From NCBI GenBank assembly GCA_964397435.1, contig CAYNHU010000003.1, forward strand, positions 29,731 through 91,970: a DNA stretch of 62,240 nucleotides. Reading direction: 5' to 3'. The DNA comes from an uncultured Candidatus Saccharibacteria bacterium. GTDB taxonomy: Bacteria > Patescibacteriota > Minisyncoccia > Phycocordibacterales > UBA9973. The notes beneath the pieces are model-generated. The model did not search any database. It was not told the origin of the DNA and worked only from the letters and a program-made list of their open reading frames with translations. Below, in pieces: positions 46,521 through 54,807 of the stretch (position 1 is its first letter; each line of letters starts with the position of its first letter). Made by a program: the position numbers and the translations under genes.

Positions 46521-46592
46521 TGATCCCACGGAGAGTCGAACTCCGGTTAACGGATTGAAAACCCGCTGTCCTAACCACTAGACGATGGGACC
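46521..46592 (-). tRNA. tRNA-Glu (anticodon UUC)
   Basis: The minus strand reads GGTCCCA TC GTCT AGTGGTTA GGAC A GCGGG TTTTCAA TCCGT TAAC CGGAG TTCGACT CTCCG TGGGATC A. The cloverleaf folds, and the anticodon loop TT-TTC-AA gives UUC. The 3' end is followed by CC then T, so CCA is not fully encoded. Confidence 0.9.
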
Positions 46593-46677
46593 ATGTGAAC
46601 GTGGAATACTATACCAGAATTCGTAGATTTTCTCAAGTATCCGTGGTATTATTCCACAGTTCCAATAAACACCCTAC

Positions 46678-46764
46678 GGAGGAGTGGCTGAGTGGTTGAA
46701 GGCACCGCACTCGAAATGCGGCATGGGAGAAATCCCATCGAGAGTTCAAATCTCTCCTCCTCCG
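46678..46764 (+). tRNA. tRNA-Ser (anticodon CGA)
   Basis: Acceptor stem GGAGGAG / CTCCTCC. Anticodon arm CCGCA CTCGAAA TGCGG. Long variable arm CATGGGAGAAATCCCATC. T-arm GAGAG TTCAAAT CTCTC. Confidence 0.9.
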
Positions 46765-46772
46765 CACCCCTA

Positions 46773-47915
46773 CTAAAGCTCTTGTACTTTGCGTGCAATA
46801 GCGTCCACAATCGTTGCATCGAACATTGTCGGTACGATTTTTTGTGGTGTGAGATCTGTTACCGTTGCTGCGAGCACTTCTGCGATTGCGACAAACATAG
46901 GGAGTGTAAATTGCTGCAAATTACCATCAAGTGCACCTTTCCATACACCTGGAAATACGAGCGAGTTGTTAACTTGGTTAGGATAGTCGCTTCGTCCTGT
47001 TGCAACAACGAACGCACCCGCTTGAAGCGCATCTTCGGGCATGATTTCAGGAGTAGGATTTGCAAGTGCAAAAATAATAGATTGCGGCGTCATCGTTCTC
47101 ACCATTTCTTGTGTCACAACACCTGGTTTAGAAAGACCGATGAATACATCTGCGCCAACCAATGCATCACGCAACTCTCCTTCTGAAACAAGTGCGGTAC
47201 TTGCAGCGAGGAGTGATTGTTTCTCTTTGGTTAAGTCTATACGTCCTTTGTGGATGATTCCTTTACTATCGCACAAAACAAGGTTTGTGAGACCGTATGC
47301 AAGCAATAAACGTGCAGTAGCGACACCAGCGGCACCAACACCGCTCAATACAATTTTGACGCTTTTGCCCTTACCTACGAGCTTGAGTGCATTGATGAGT
47401 CCAGCAAGTGTAACTGTCGCTGCTCCCCACTGATCATCGTGCATCACTGGAATAGAGAGTTCCGCACGGAGCCGCTCCTCAATTTCAAAACATTGTGGAG
47501 CGGCGATGTCTTCGAGATTGATACCACCGAACACTGGTGCGATTGCTTTTACAGCAGCAATAATACCTTCGGTATTATGCACATCAAGACAAATTGGAAA
47601 TGCATCAACTCCAGCGAATTCTTTGAGAATAGCGGCTTTGCCTTCCATGACAGGAATTGCTGCAAGCGGGCCAAGGTTACCCAAACCCAAAATAGCAGAA
47701 CCGTCACTAACAATGGCAACAGTGTTTCGTTTGAGTGTGTATTCTCTGGCACGAGCTGGATCACGTGCAATTTCTGTTGAAACAGCTGCAACACCCGGAC
47801 TGTATGCGAGTGAAAGTATTTCTTTGGATGTTAGTGCGACCTTGCTTTTGGTCTCAAGTTTTCCTCGAAGTGTTCGATGCAACTCAAGTGATTTGTTATA
47901 GAGATCTGATTCCAT
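46773..47915 (-). CDS. maeB: NAD(P)-dependent malic enzyme (short, 380 aa)
   Basis: Motifs LAYSPGVAAV, FGGINLEDI and VLSGVGAAGVA. Confidence 0.88.
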   Translation of the reverse strand: MESDLYNKSLELHRTLRGKLETKSKVALTSKEILSLAYSPGVAAVSTEIARDPARAREYTLKRNTVAIVSDGSAILGLGNLGPLAAIPVMEGKAAILKEFAGVDAFPICLDVHNTEGIIAAVKAIAPVFGGINLEDIAAPQCFEIEERLRAELSIPVMHDDQWGAATVTLAGLINALKLVGKGKSVKIVLSGVGAAGVATARLLLAYGLTNLVLCDSKGIIHKGRIDLTKEKQSLLAASTALVSEGELRDALVGADVFIGLSKPGVVTQEMVRTMTPQSIIFALANPTPEIMPEDALQAGAFVVATGRSDYPNQVNNSLVFPGVWKGALDGNLQQFTLPMFVAIAEVLAATVTDLTPQKIVPTMFDATIVDAIARKVQEL

Positions 47916-47978
47916 ATCTATCCAGTATATAGACGTTCGCTGGTTGGTTCAAGGAACGACCACATTTGAACACACTTT

Positions 47979-49451
47979 ATGCATGGTACACTAGGACACG
48001 TGAAAGATACGATCATTATCTACTGGGCTCGCCGTGATTTACGACTTCGAGATAATCGCGCATTAAGCCAAGCCGTTCGCGAAAGTACAAGTCGATCACT
48101 TTCATTCATACCTCTGTTTTGTATTGAACCATACATGACTGATGGTGATCCGAACTACCAATTTGGATATCCTTCACGATATTTTCTCGCACAGGCACTT
48201 CCCTTGTTCACCGAACAATTCAAAGATTTTCTCGTAGTACATGAGCGACCTGCACATTTCTTAAAAACACTCGCACGAACACACGCCATCGAACTCTACG
48301 TAAACGAAGACATTCATCCTGATTTCTACACCCAACTTCGCAAAATCCGTGATGCTGGCGTTTCAGTTAAACTATTCCGCGACCAACTCACGATCGACAA
48401 AGAAACAAAAACTGGTGCCGGAGATTATTATTCTGTTTTCACACCATTCAAAAAAGCAGTCTGGCTTTCATTTGTTCAAGAAAAAGAAGAGCGCGTGCCA
48501 CGTCTCGACGCGATCACGTATTACCCACTCAACAACATCTCAAAACATCGTGTAGAACACACAAACGCAGACACACTCCTCAAACTATTTTCAACAAAAG
48601 AATCAATTATTGTTGCCGGACAGACAATCGATATCAGCAAGCTCGGTTTGCCACAGCGTTCAACTGAAACCTGGTATTTCAGCGAGCATGAGGCGCTCAC
48701 TCGTTTTGATCGATACATCAAGCACCACATGAGTGCATATACGACTGAGCGAGACATGCTTGCTGATGATGCAACATCACGTATGTCACTTGGATTAGCG
48801 TGGGGGCTTATTTCTACTCGAACATTAGTTGCAAAAATACAGCGTCATTTTGACAATTCATTTGAAAATCTTTTTTCGTCAGCAAAAGAACACCAAGGTG
48901 CACTCAGCTTTATTTCTGAACTCATCTGGCGAGAATTTTACAAGTATCTCTATTACCACAACCCAAAATTAACAGACGAATCATTTCAGAAAAAATATGA
49001 CTCGATTACTTGGGCAAAACCGCATGAAGCACATGAACGTTTCAAACTCTGGATTGAAGGTAAAACAGGATACCCGATTGTCGATGCAGCAATGATGCAG
49101 CTCGCCACAACAGGCTGGATGCACAACCGAGCACGAATGATTGTGGCTTCTATTTTGACTAAAAATTTGGGCGTTGATTGGCGCTTCGGTCAGGAATATT
49201 TCCGTGCCATGCTTGTTGACCTTGATGAAGCATCAAACTGTGGTGGCTGGCAATGGGGTGCGAGTGTTGGAGCTGACCCAAAACCGATTCGCATTTTTAA
49301 TCCATATTTGCAAGCAAAAAACTACGATCCTGAAAACCGTTACCAAACACGTTGGCTCTCTGCTGAATACCAACAGAATCCACCCAAAGTAATCATCGAG
49401 CATGAACAGGCGCGGCAAGAAGCGCTCAAGCGATACGGATTACGCGCATAA
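47979..49451 (+). CDS. phrB: deoxyribodipyrimidine photolyase / cryptochrome family
   Basis: Motifs IIYWARRDLRLRDNRAL, GWMHNRARMIVASIL and DLDEASNCGGWQW. The real start may be the in-frame GTG at 48000, which lies 7 nt after an extended -10 TGgTACACT (47984-47992). Confidence 0.9.
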   Translation: MHGTLGHVKDTIIIYWARRDLRLRDNRALSQAVRESTSRSLSFIPLFCIEPYMTDGDPNYQFGYPSRYFLAQALPLFTEQFKDFLVVHERPAHFLKTLARTHAIELYVNEDIHPDFYTQLRKIRDAGVSVKLFRDQLTIDKETKTGAGDYYSVFTPFKKAVWLSFVQEKEERVPRLDAITYYPLNNISKHRVEHTNADTLLKLFSTKESIIVAGQTIDISKLGLPQRSTETWYFSEHEALTRFDRYIKHHMSAYTTERDMLADDATSRMSLGLAWGLISTRTLVAKIQRHFDNSFENLFSSAKEHQGALSFISELIWREFYKYLYYHNPKLTDESFQKKYDSITWAKPHEAHERFKLWIEGKTGYPIVDAAMMQLATTGWMHNRARMIVASILTKNLGVDWRFGQEYFRAMLVDLDEASNCGGWQWGASVGADPKPIRIFNPYLQAKNYDPENRYQTRWLSAEYQQNPPKVIIEHEQARQEALKRYGLRA

Positions 49452-49520
49452 AAAATTGCGCAAACCCTTTCAGGAGTGCGCGAAATTAAAACATATATTC
49501 AAACTTCACAACTAAAGTGA

Positions 49521-50084
49521 CTAATTAAGTATCACTTTAGAAGTAGCGTCATCAAAATCATCAGTGGTTACACGGCCATCAAAAAACTGCCTAAAAACAG
49601 ACTGTATTTCTTGTGCGAGTAAAATAAAGAATCCAGTATCAAGATCATAAGTTGTTTCAGGGCGAAAAATGTAGAGATCTTTCGGCAAAACAGCACCAGG
49701 GACATGATTATAGAATTGAAACTTGTGTTTATGCTGATTTACAAATGTGTTTTTGAAATATTCTTCGTAGAACAGAAAATCACTTTCAAAAACAGTAATA
49801 ACTACAGTATCCGGAATAACTTCAGAATCATCACCTAACTCCTCACTCAATCTTTCAATAAAATAATCGATTGATTGTGCACGCTGGTCTTCAAGTGTGC
49901 CGGGCTCTCTGGAAAAATCCGCAAAGTTAATCCAAAGTACGGGCTTTTCTCCGAATTTTTGAATCACGTTATATGGAATGTAGTTGAGGTATTCTTCGCA
50001 GGGATCGATCCCCCAGAAATCCTCTATTTCGTTTTGATTAAGTGTCGTTGTTACAACGATTCTCTTGGAACGCTTAGCAGCCAT
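49521..50084 (-). CDS. hypothetical protein
   Basis: 187-aa acidic ORF with no motif recognised. Confidence 0.6.
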   Translation of the reverse strand: MAAKRSKRIVVTTTLNQNEIEDFWGIDPCEEYLNYIPYNVIQKFGEKPVLWINFADFSREPGTLEDQRAQSIDYFIERLSEELGDDSEVIPDTVVITVFESDFLFYEEYFKNTFVNQHKHKFQFYNHVPGAVLPKDLYIFRPETTYDLDTGFFILLAQEIQSVFRQFFDGRVTTDDFDDATSKVILN

Positions 50085-50176
50085 GGTAATGTATTTGTAA
50101 AAATACTACTACATATACCTGAACAATGCAAAAACTTGAAAAAAGTCTGATTCTATTGTATCTTTATGAAGTATTT

Positions 50177-50249
50177 GCGCGGTTAGCTCAGTTGGTAGAG
50201 CGACCCCTTGACGTGGGGTAGGCCAGGGGTTCGAATCCCTTACCGCGCA
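50177..50249 (+). tRNA. tRNA-Val (anticodon GAC)
   Basis: The sequence reads GCGCGGT TA GCTC AGTTGGTA GAGC G ACCCC TTGACGT GGGGT AGGCC AGGGG TTCGAAT CCCTT ACCGCGC A, followed by CC then T. Confidence 0.9.
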
Positions 50250-50257
50250 CCTTATAT

Positions 50258-50815
50258 ATGGCAAAAATCACACTCTTTGGTCTCGCCGGCACTGGAAAAT
50301 CATCGACAGCAAAATTAGTTGCTGACGCTTTGCAGTACGAATATCTTTCAACCGGAAACATGTTTCGTAATATGGCAAAAGAAGCTGGGTACGACAACTT
50401 GAATCAGTTTGAAGAAGAAGTCTGCCAGAAAGATCCTGAGTTCGACAAAAAGCTTGATGCTAAGACAGAGACATACGGAAAAACACACGATAATTTTTTC
50501 TTTGAATCTCGTTTGGCATGGTACTTTATCCCCGACTCTTTTAAAATCATGCTTGTCTGTCCAGGTGAAGCGCGTTTTGAACGTATTGCTCACCGTGAAA
50601 ACAAAACTATTGAACAAGCAAAAGCTGAAACACTCCACCGAGAAGAATCAATCTACACTCGATTCAAAAACTACTACAATATCTCGGACATTAATGATCC
50701 GTCACACTACGATTTAATTATCGACACCAATGCCAATAATCTCGAACAGGTTGTAGCACTTATTCTCCGTGAACTCGCTGAACGCGGTATCACACAAACT
50801 ACTCAACAAAAATAG
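50258..50815 (+). CDS. P-loop NMP kinase, cytidylate-kinase-2-like
   Basis: MAKITLFGLAGTGKSSTAKLVA (Walker A), then an archaeal-type Cmk-like layout. Confidence 0.55.
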   Translation: MAKITLFGLAGTGKSSTAKLVADALQYEYLSTGNMFRNMAKEAGYDNLNQFEEEVCQKDPEFDKKLDAKTETYGKTHDNFFFESRLAWYFIPDSFKIMLVCPGEARFERIAHRENKTIEQAKAETLHREESIYTRFKNYYNISDINDPSHYDLIIDTNANNLEQVVALILRELAERGITQTTQQK

Positions 50816-51824
50816 GTTCTGGTTCGATGGCTACGCCGAATTTCTCAAGAACGTTTCGCTGGATTCGCGCAACGAGTGTTCGAAGTTCGTGACTTGTCGC
50901 AGTGCCTTTATTAACGATAACCATGGCATTGCCTGGATAGCACATGAGTGTGCCAAAATCTTTGCCTCGATATCCAAGTGTTTCAAGCATCCAACCTGCA
51001 CCGACTTTAACAGTTGCTTCATCTACTGGAAATATAACTGCGTTATCGAACTCCGCTTTGAGTTTGTTTCCTTGCTCAACTGGTATAAATGGATTTTTAA
51101 AAAATGAACCTACTGAAGCAATTTCTTGTGGATCAGGAAGTTTGTTTTTTCGTATTGCAATAATTACCTGTCGGATTTGTGCGAGTGTTGGCTCGTGAAT
51201 ATCATGCGCTTCAAAGTATGCTGTTACTCCAGGATACTGTGGTACTCGTGCTGGTTGTTTAGAGAGAATAAAATCAACTGAAACAATGATGTATCTACCC
51301 TTTTCTTCATTTTTGAAAATACTGTCTCGATAACCAAACTTACATTCTCTGTTCGCAAGCACAACAAAACGCTGCTTTTTACGATCAAATGCTTCAACGG
51401 TCACAATGGTGTCTTTGACTTCCTGTCCGTACGCACCGACATTTTGAACTGGCGTACCACCAACAAAGCCTGGAATAGCACTGAGTGCTTCCATACCAGA
51501 GAGATTCATTGCAACAGTGCGATCAACAACACTATCCCATACTTCACCTGCACCACACTGAATTACCACAGTATGATTATCTTCTGCGATAACTTCAAAC
51601 CCTGGAATAGCAATCATAAGTACTAACGCCTGCATATAGGGCTGAGTAAAAATCGTATTTGAACCTCCTCCGATCACTACCACAGGAACACCCTGTTTGG
51701 ATGCAAACAAAAGTGCGGGCTGGATATCATTTTTATCAGTAATCTCTGCAAAATACGCCGCCTGCGCCTGCATACGAAAGGTTGAGAGCTTGGTAAGATC
51801 TTTGTTTTCCTCGATTTGTAACAT
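50799..51824 (-). CDS. murB: UDP-N-acetylenolpyruvoylglucosamine reductase
   Basis: FAD-binding PCMH region (VVVIGGGSNTIF), a GSFFKNP-type motif and the MurB C-terminal domain. Confidence 0.9.
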   Translation of the reverse strand: MLQIEENKDLTKLSTFRMQAQAAYFAEITDKNDIQPALLFASKQGVPVVVIGGGSNTIFTQPYMQALVLMIAIPGFEVIAEDNHTVVIQCGAGEVWDSVVDRTVAMNLSGMEALSAIPGFVGGTPVQNVGAYGQEVKDTIVTVEAFDRKKQRFVVLANRECKFGYRDSIFKNEEKGRYIIVSVDFILSKQPARVPQYPGVTAYFEAHDIHEPTLAQIRQVIIAIRKNKLPDPQEIASVGSFFKNPFIPVEQGNKLKAEFDNAVIFPVDEATVKVGAGWMLETLGYRGKDFGTLMCYPGNAMVIVNKGTATSHELRTLVARIQRNVLEKFGVAIEPEPIFVE

Positions 51825-51831
51825 ATTGCAA

Positions 51832-51851
51832 TTATATCATATATGATATAA
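51832..51851. promoter_or_regulatory. perfect 20-bp palindrome (TTATATCATATATGATATAA) in the murB/murA divergent spacer; candidate operator overlapping both -10 boxes
   Basis: I checked it base by base: positions 51832-51841 are the reverse complement of 51842-51851. The minus-strand TATAAT (51831-36) lies 6 nt from the murB ATG. The plus-strand TATAAA (51847-52) lies 9 nt from the murA ATG. Confidence 0.55.
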
Positions 51852-51861
51852 AATACCAATT

Positions 51862-53388
51862 ATGGCTCAACACCAACCAAGTGAACAAGAGAAGGTCGGA
51901 TTCTTCATTAAACGCCTCCGCGAACAGCGCGGCATGACGCAAGCAGAATTTGCTAAAGCACTCAACACCTCACAGAGTGCTGTTGCGCGTATCGAAAGTG
52001 GCGGTCAAAATCTGACTGTTGATCAACTTGCAAAAATCGGCGATGTTCTTGACCGTAAAATACTTTCCCTTTCAGATGATTCAGTCGATTTCCAAATCGA
52101 AGGTGGTCACAAACTCTCAGGGACTATCGAAACAAACTTTTCAAAAAACGGTGCAGTCGCATTGATTCCTGCTGCACTTCTCAATAAAGCACCAACGATT
52201 CTGCATGGTATTCCTAAAATCGAAGAAGTATTTCGTCAGATTGAATTAATGAAATCAATCGGCGTCGATGTTCAATGGGTCAAAGAAAACACTCTTAAAA
52301 TCACTCCACCAAAATCATACAACCTCAAAACAATTAACGCTGAGGTCGCAAAGAAGATTCGCGTTTCATTGTATTTGTTTGGTGCACTCGGCAAGCAAGT
52401 TCCATCATTTTCACTTCCCCACTCAGGTGGTTGTAAAATGGGCAAACGTACAATCAAAGCACACGAAGCAGGGCTCCGTGATTTAGGACTTGCCATCAAA
52501 ACAACTGATGATGCGTACGTTGTCAGTCACACAAAACTCCATGGCGGAGAAGTCACCTTGTATGAATCAAGTGATATGGCAACAATCAATATTTTGTTGC
52601 TCGCTGCGCAGATTCCAGAAGAAACAACTATTTACTTTGCACAAGCAAACTACATGGTTCAAGATGTTTGTTTCTTCCTTGAGGCACTCGGTGTTTCAAT
52701 AGAAGGTATTGGATCAAGTACGCTCCGTGTACGCGGTCTCGCGACAATCAACAAACAACTTGAATACACCAACAGTGAAGATCCGATTGAATCAATGATG
52801 TGGATTGCTGCGGCAGTAATGACTAAATCAAAGCTCACTATCACACGCTGTCCAATTGAATTTCTCCGTCGTGAACTTATCACGCTTGGTGACATGGGAG
52901 TGAAGTATAAAACAAGTAAGACCTACACATCACACAACGGTAAAACAAAATTGGTTGATATCACCGTACAGCCATCAGTACTCAAAGCTCCAGATGAAAA
53001 AATCCACGCTGTTCCATATCCAGGTATCAACACTGACAACCTTCCATTTTTTGTTCCTCTTGCAACACAAGCAGCAGGAACAACCATGATTCACGATTGG
53101 ATGTGGGAAAACCGCGCAATCTATTTCACTGAACTTAATCGTTTGGGTGCAAACGTAACACTCGCCGATCCACACCGTGCATTCATTAACGGTCCATCAA
53201 AATTGAAAGCTGCTCAAGTTGTCTGCCCTCCAGCACTTCGTCCTGCAACAACTATTTTGATTGCAATGCTTGGCGCAGAAGGCACATCAACACTCCGAAA
53301 CGTCTACTCAATCAAACGTGGCTACGCCGAAATTGCGGAACGCCTTAATTCAATCGGTGCGCATATTAAAGTTTTGAAAGGAATGTAA
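51862..53388 (+). CDS. murA: XRE-family HTH domain fused to UDP-N-acetylglucosamine 1-carboxyvinyltransferase
   Basis: Residues about 12-68, FFIKRLREQRGMTQAEFAKALNTSQSAVARIESGGQNLTVDQLAKIG, form a Cro/C1-type HTH. From about residue 75 it is MurA-like (FQIEGGHKLSGTIETNFSKNGAVAL, active-site LPHSGGCKMGKR, FPTD-like INTDN, LRPATT, KRGY). It is one continuous 508-codon ORF. Confidence 0.85.
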   Translation: MAQHQPSEQEKVGFFIKRLREQRGMTQAEFAKALNTSQSAVARIESGGQNLTVDQLAKIGDVLDRKILSLSDDSVDFQIEGGHKLSGTIETNFSKNGAVALIPAALLNKAPTILHGIPKIEEVFRQIELMKSIGVDVQWVKENTLKITPPKSYNLKTINAEVAKKIRVSLYLFGALGKQVPSFSLPHSGGCKMGKRTIKAHEAGLRDLGLAIKTTDDAYVVSHTKLHGGEVTLYESSDMATINILLLAAQIPEETTIYFAQANYMVQDVCFFLEALGVSIEGIGSSTLRVRGLATINKQLEYTNSEDPIESMMWIAAAVMTKSKLTITRCPIEFLRRELITLGDMGVKYKTSKTYTSHNGKTKLVDITVQPSVLKAPDEKIHAVPYPGINTDNLPFFVPLATQAAGTTMIHDWMWENRAIYFTELNRLGANVTLADPHRAFINGPSKLKAAQVVCPPALRPATTILIAMLGAEGTSTLRNVYSIKRGYAEIAERLNSIGAHIKVLKGM

Positions 53389-53393
53389 GGAAC

Positions 53394-54590
53394 ATGAAAC
53401 GCGCAATAATTATTCTCGGTATCGAAACTTCATGTGATGACACAGGTATTGCATTACTCAAAGCAACACACGGAGCAAAAGATACAACATATACAACACT
53501 CGCAAACGAACTCAGTTCGCAAACAAAACTCCATGAACAATATGGTGGTGTGTTTCCTGCGATGGCAAAACGTGAACATGCGCGAAATATCATGCCATTG
53601 TTTGTGCAGGCGCTTACCAATGCGGGACTTTTACAAGCACGCAAAAAAACATACACACTTCCCTCTACTCTCTACAAAAAACTAACAAAAATACTCGAAC
53701 GCGAACCTGAAATACTCGAAGTGTTGGTTGCATTCGTCACTGCATATGAAATTCCTAAGATTGATATAATCGCAGTAACAAGTGGTCCGGGACTCGAACC
53801 GACATTGTGGGTTGGTATTAGTTTTGCAAAAGCACTGGGAGTGATATTTGATATACCAGTCATTCCAACAAATCACATGGAGGGACATATCGTATCAGTC
53901 GCCATTCCTGAAGGAACAACATTTACCGTCACACCAAAAACATTTCAATTTCCAATGCTTGCCCTCTTGGTTTCTGGTGGACACACTGAACTTGTGTTAG
54001 TGAAAAATATTGGGTCATACAAACTCATCGGACAAACTCGTGACGATGCAGCTGGTGAAGCATTTGATAAAGTGGCGCGCATGCTTGGCATTCCATATCC
54101 TGGTGGTCCTGAGATTTCTCGATTGGCACAACAAGCACGTGAGACACTCGCCTTTTCTGAGTTTTCGTTTCCTCGACCAATGATTCACTCGAGCGATTTT
54201 GATTTTTCATTTTCGGGACTCAAAACAGCTGTGCTCTACGCACTCCGCGATCTTCAAGGAGAGCTTTCTGATTCACGTAAAAAAGATGTATCGCGTGAAT
54301 TCGAAGATGCTGTTGTCGAAGTGCTTGTATACAAAACACTTCGCGCCGCGCAAAAATATAAAACAATGGCCATTATTGTTGGTGGCGGCGTATCCGCAAA
54401 CCGACTACTCCGTGCTGAGCTTACTCGTCGCGCACATGAAGTTAATCCAGATCGCACAATTCATTTCCCAACACCTGTGCTCTCACGAGACAACGCGCTC
54501 ATGATCGCACTTGCTGGTCATCTTAAATTCACTCGAACAAAAAAAATCCCCCGAACCATTGTGGCCGAGGGAGACTTACAGTTGGCATAA
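53394..54590 (+). CDS. tsaD: tRNA N6-adenosine threonylcarbamoyltransferase TsaD
   Basis: Motifs ILGIETSCDDTGIAL, NHMEGH, LLVSGGHTEL, DDAAGEAFDK and GGGVSAN. It carries about 40 extra residues between the AGL and IDIIAVTSGPG blocks. Confidence 0.92.
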   Translation: MKRAIIILGIETSCDDTGIALLKATHGAKDTTYTTLANELSSQTKLHEQYGGVFPAMAKREHARNIMPLFVQALTNAGLLQARKKTYTLPSTLYKKLTKILEREPEILEVLVAFVTAYEIPKIDIIAVTSGPGLEPTLWVGISFAKALGVIFDIPVIPTNHMEGHIVSVAIPEGTTFTVTPKTFQFPMLALLVSGGHTELVLVKNIGSYKLIGQTRDDAAGEAFDKVARMLGIPYPGGPEISRLAQQARETLAFSEFSFPRPMIHSSDFDFSFSGLKTAVLYALRDLQGELSDSRKKDVSREFEDAVVEVLVYKTLRAAQKYKTMAIIVGGGVSANRLLRAELTRRAHEVNPDRTIHFPTPVLSRDNALMIALAGHLKFTRTKKIPRTIVAEGDLQLA

Positions 54591-54594
54591 TATA

Positions 54595-54807
54595 TTAGGC
54601 AGTAACCATATCACTTTTTGCATACGTGAGGAAGTTCTGCTTCTTTTTAGAAACAACACCCCACACCGTTTTACCATCAAAACCTGGTAAAGAAAAAATG
54701 AGGGATTGTAGTTTGTTGTGCTGGTACACGTCCGGATCATGTTTCATATATACAGACCCAATCTGTTGATGTAATTCTATTGAACCATTAGAAGCAACCA
54801 GTATGTA
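54595..54807 (-). CDS. small ORF in frame with the preceding ORF across a TAG; either a 50-aa gene from ATG 54747 or a read-through/pseudogene extension
   Basis: Hand translation gives (TAG) YILVASNGSIELHQQIGSVY MKHDPDVYQHNKLQSLIFSLPGFDGKTVWGVVSKKKQNFLTYAKSDMVTA (TAA at 54595-97). It is below the track cutoff. Confidence 0.35.
   Translation of the reverse strand, partial: YILVASNGSIELHQQIGSVYMKHDPDVYQHNKLQSLIFSLPGFDGKTVWGVVSKKKQNFLTYAKSDMVTA

Noticed and set aside
46692-47186. 164-aa plus-strand ORF starting inside tRNA-Ser
   Set aside because: It begins within a tRNA gene and runs antisense to the malic-enzyme gene. The product is Cys/Arg/His-rich and looks like nonsense.
46521-50249. tRNA-flanked segment (tRNA-Glu/Ser to tRNA-Val: malic enzyme, photolyase, orphan ORF) as an integrated genomic island
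   Set aside because: There is no integrase, no direct repeat of a tRNA 3' end, and no obvious compositional break. The contents are ordinary metabolic and repair genes.
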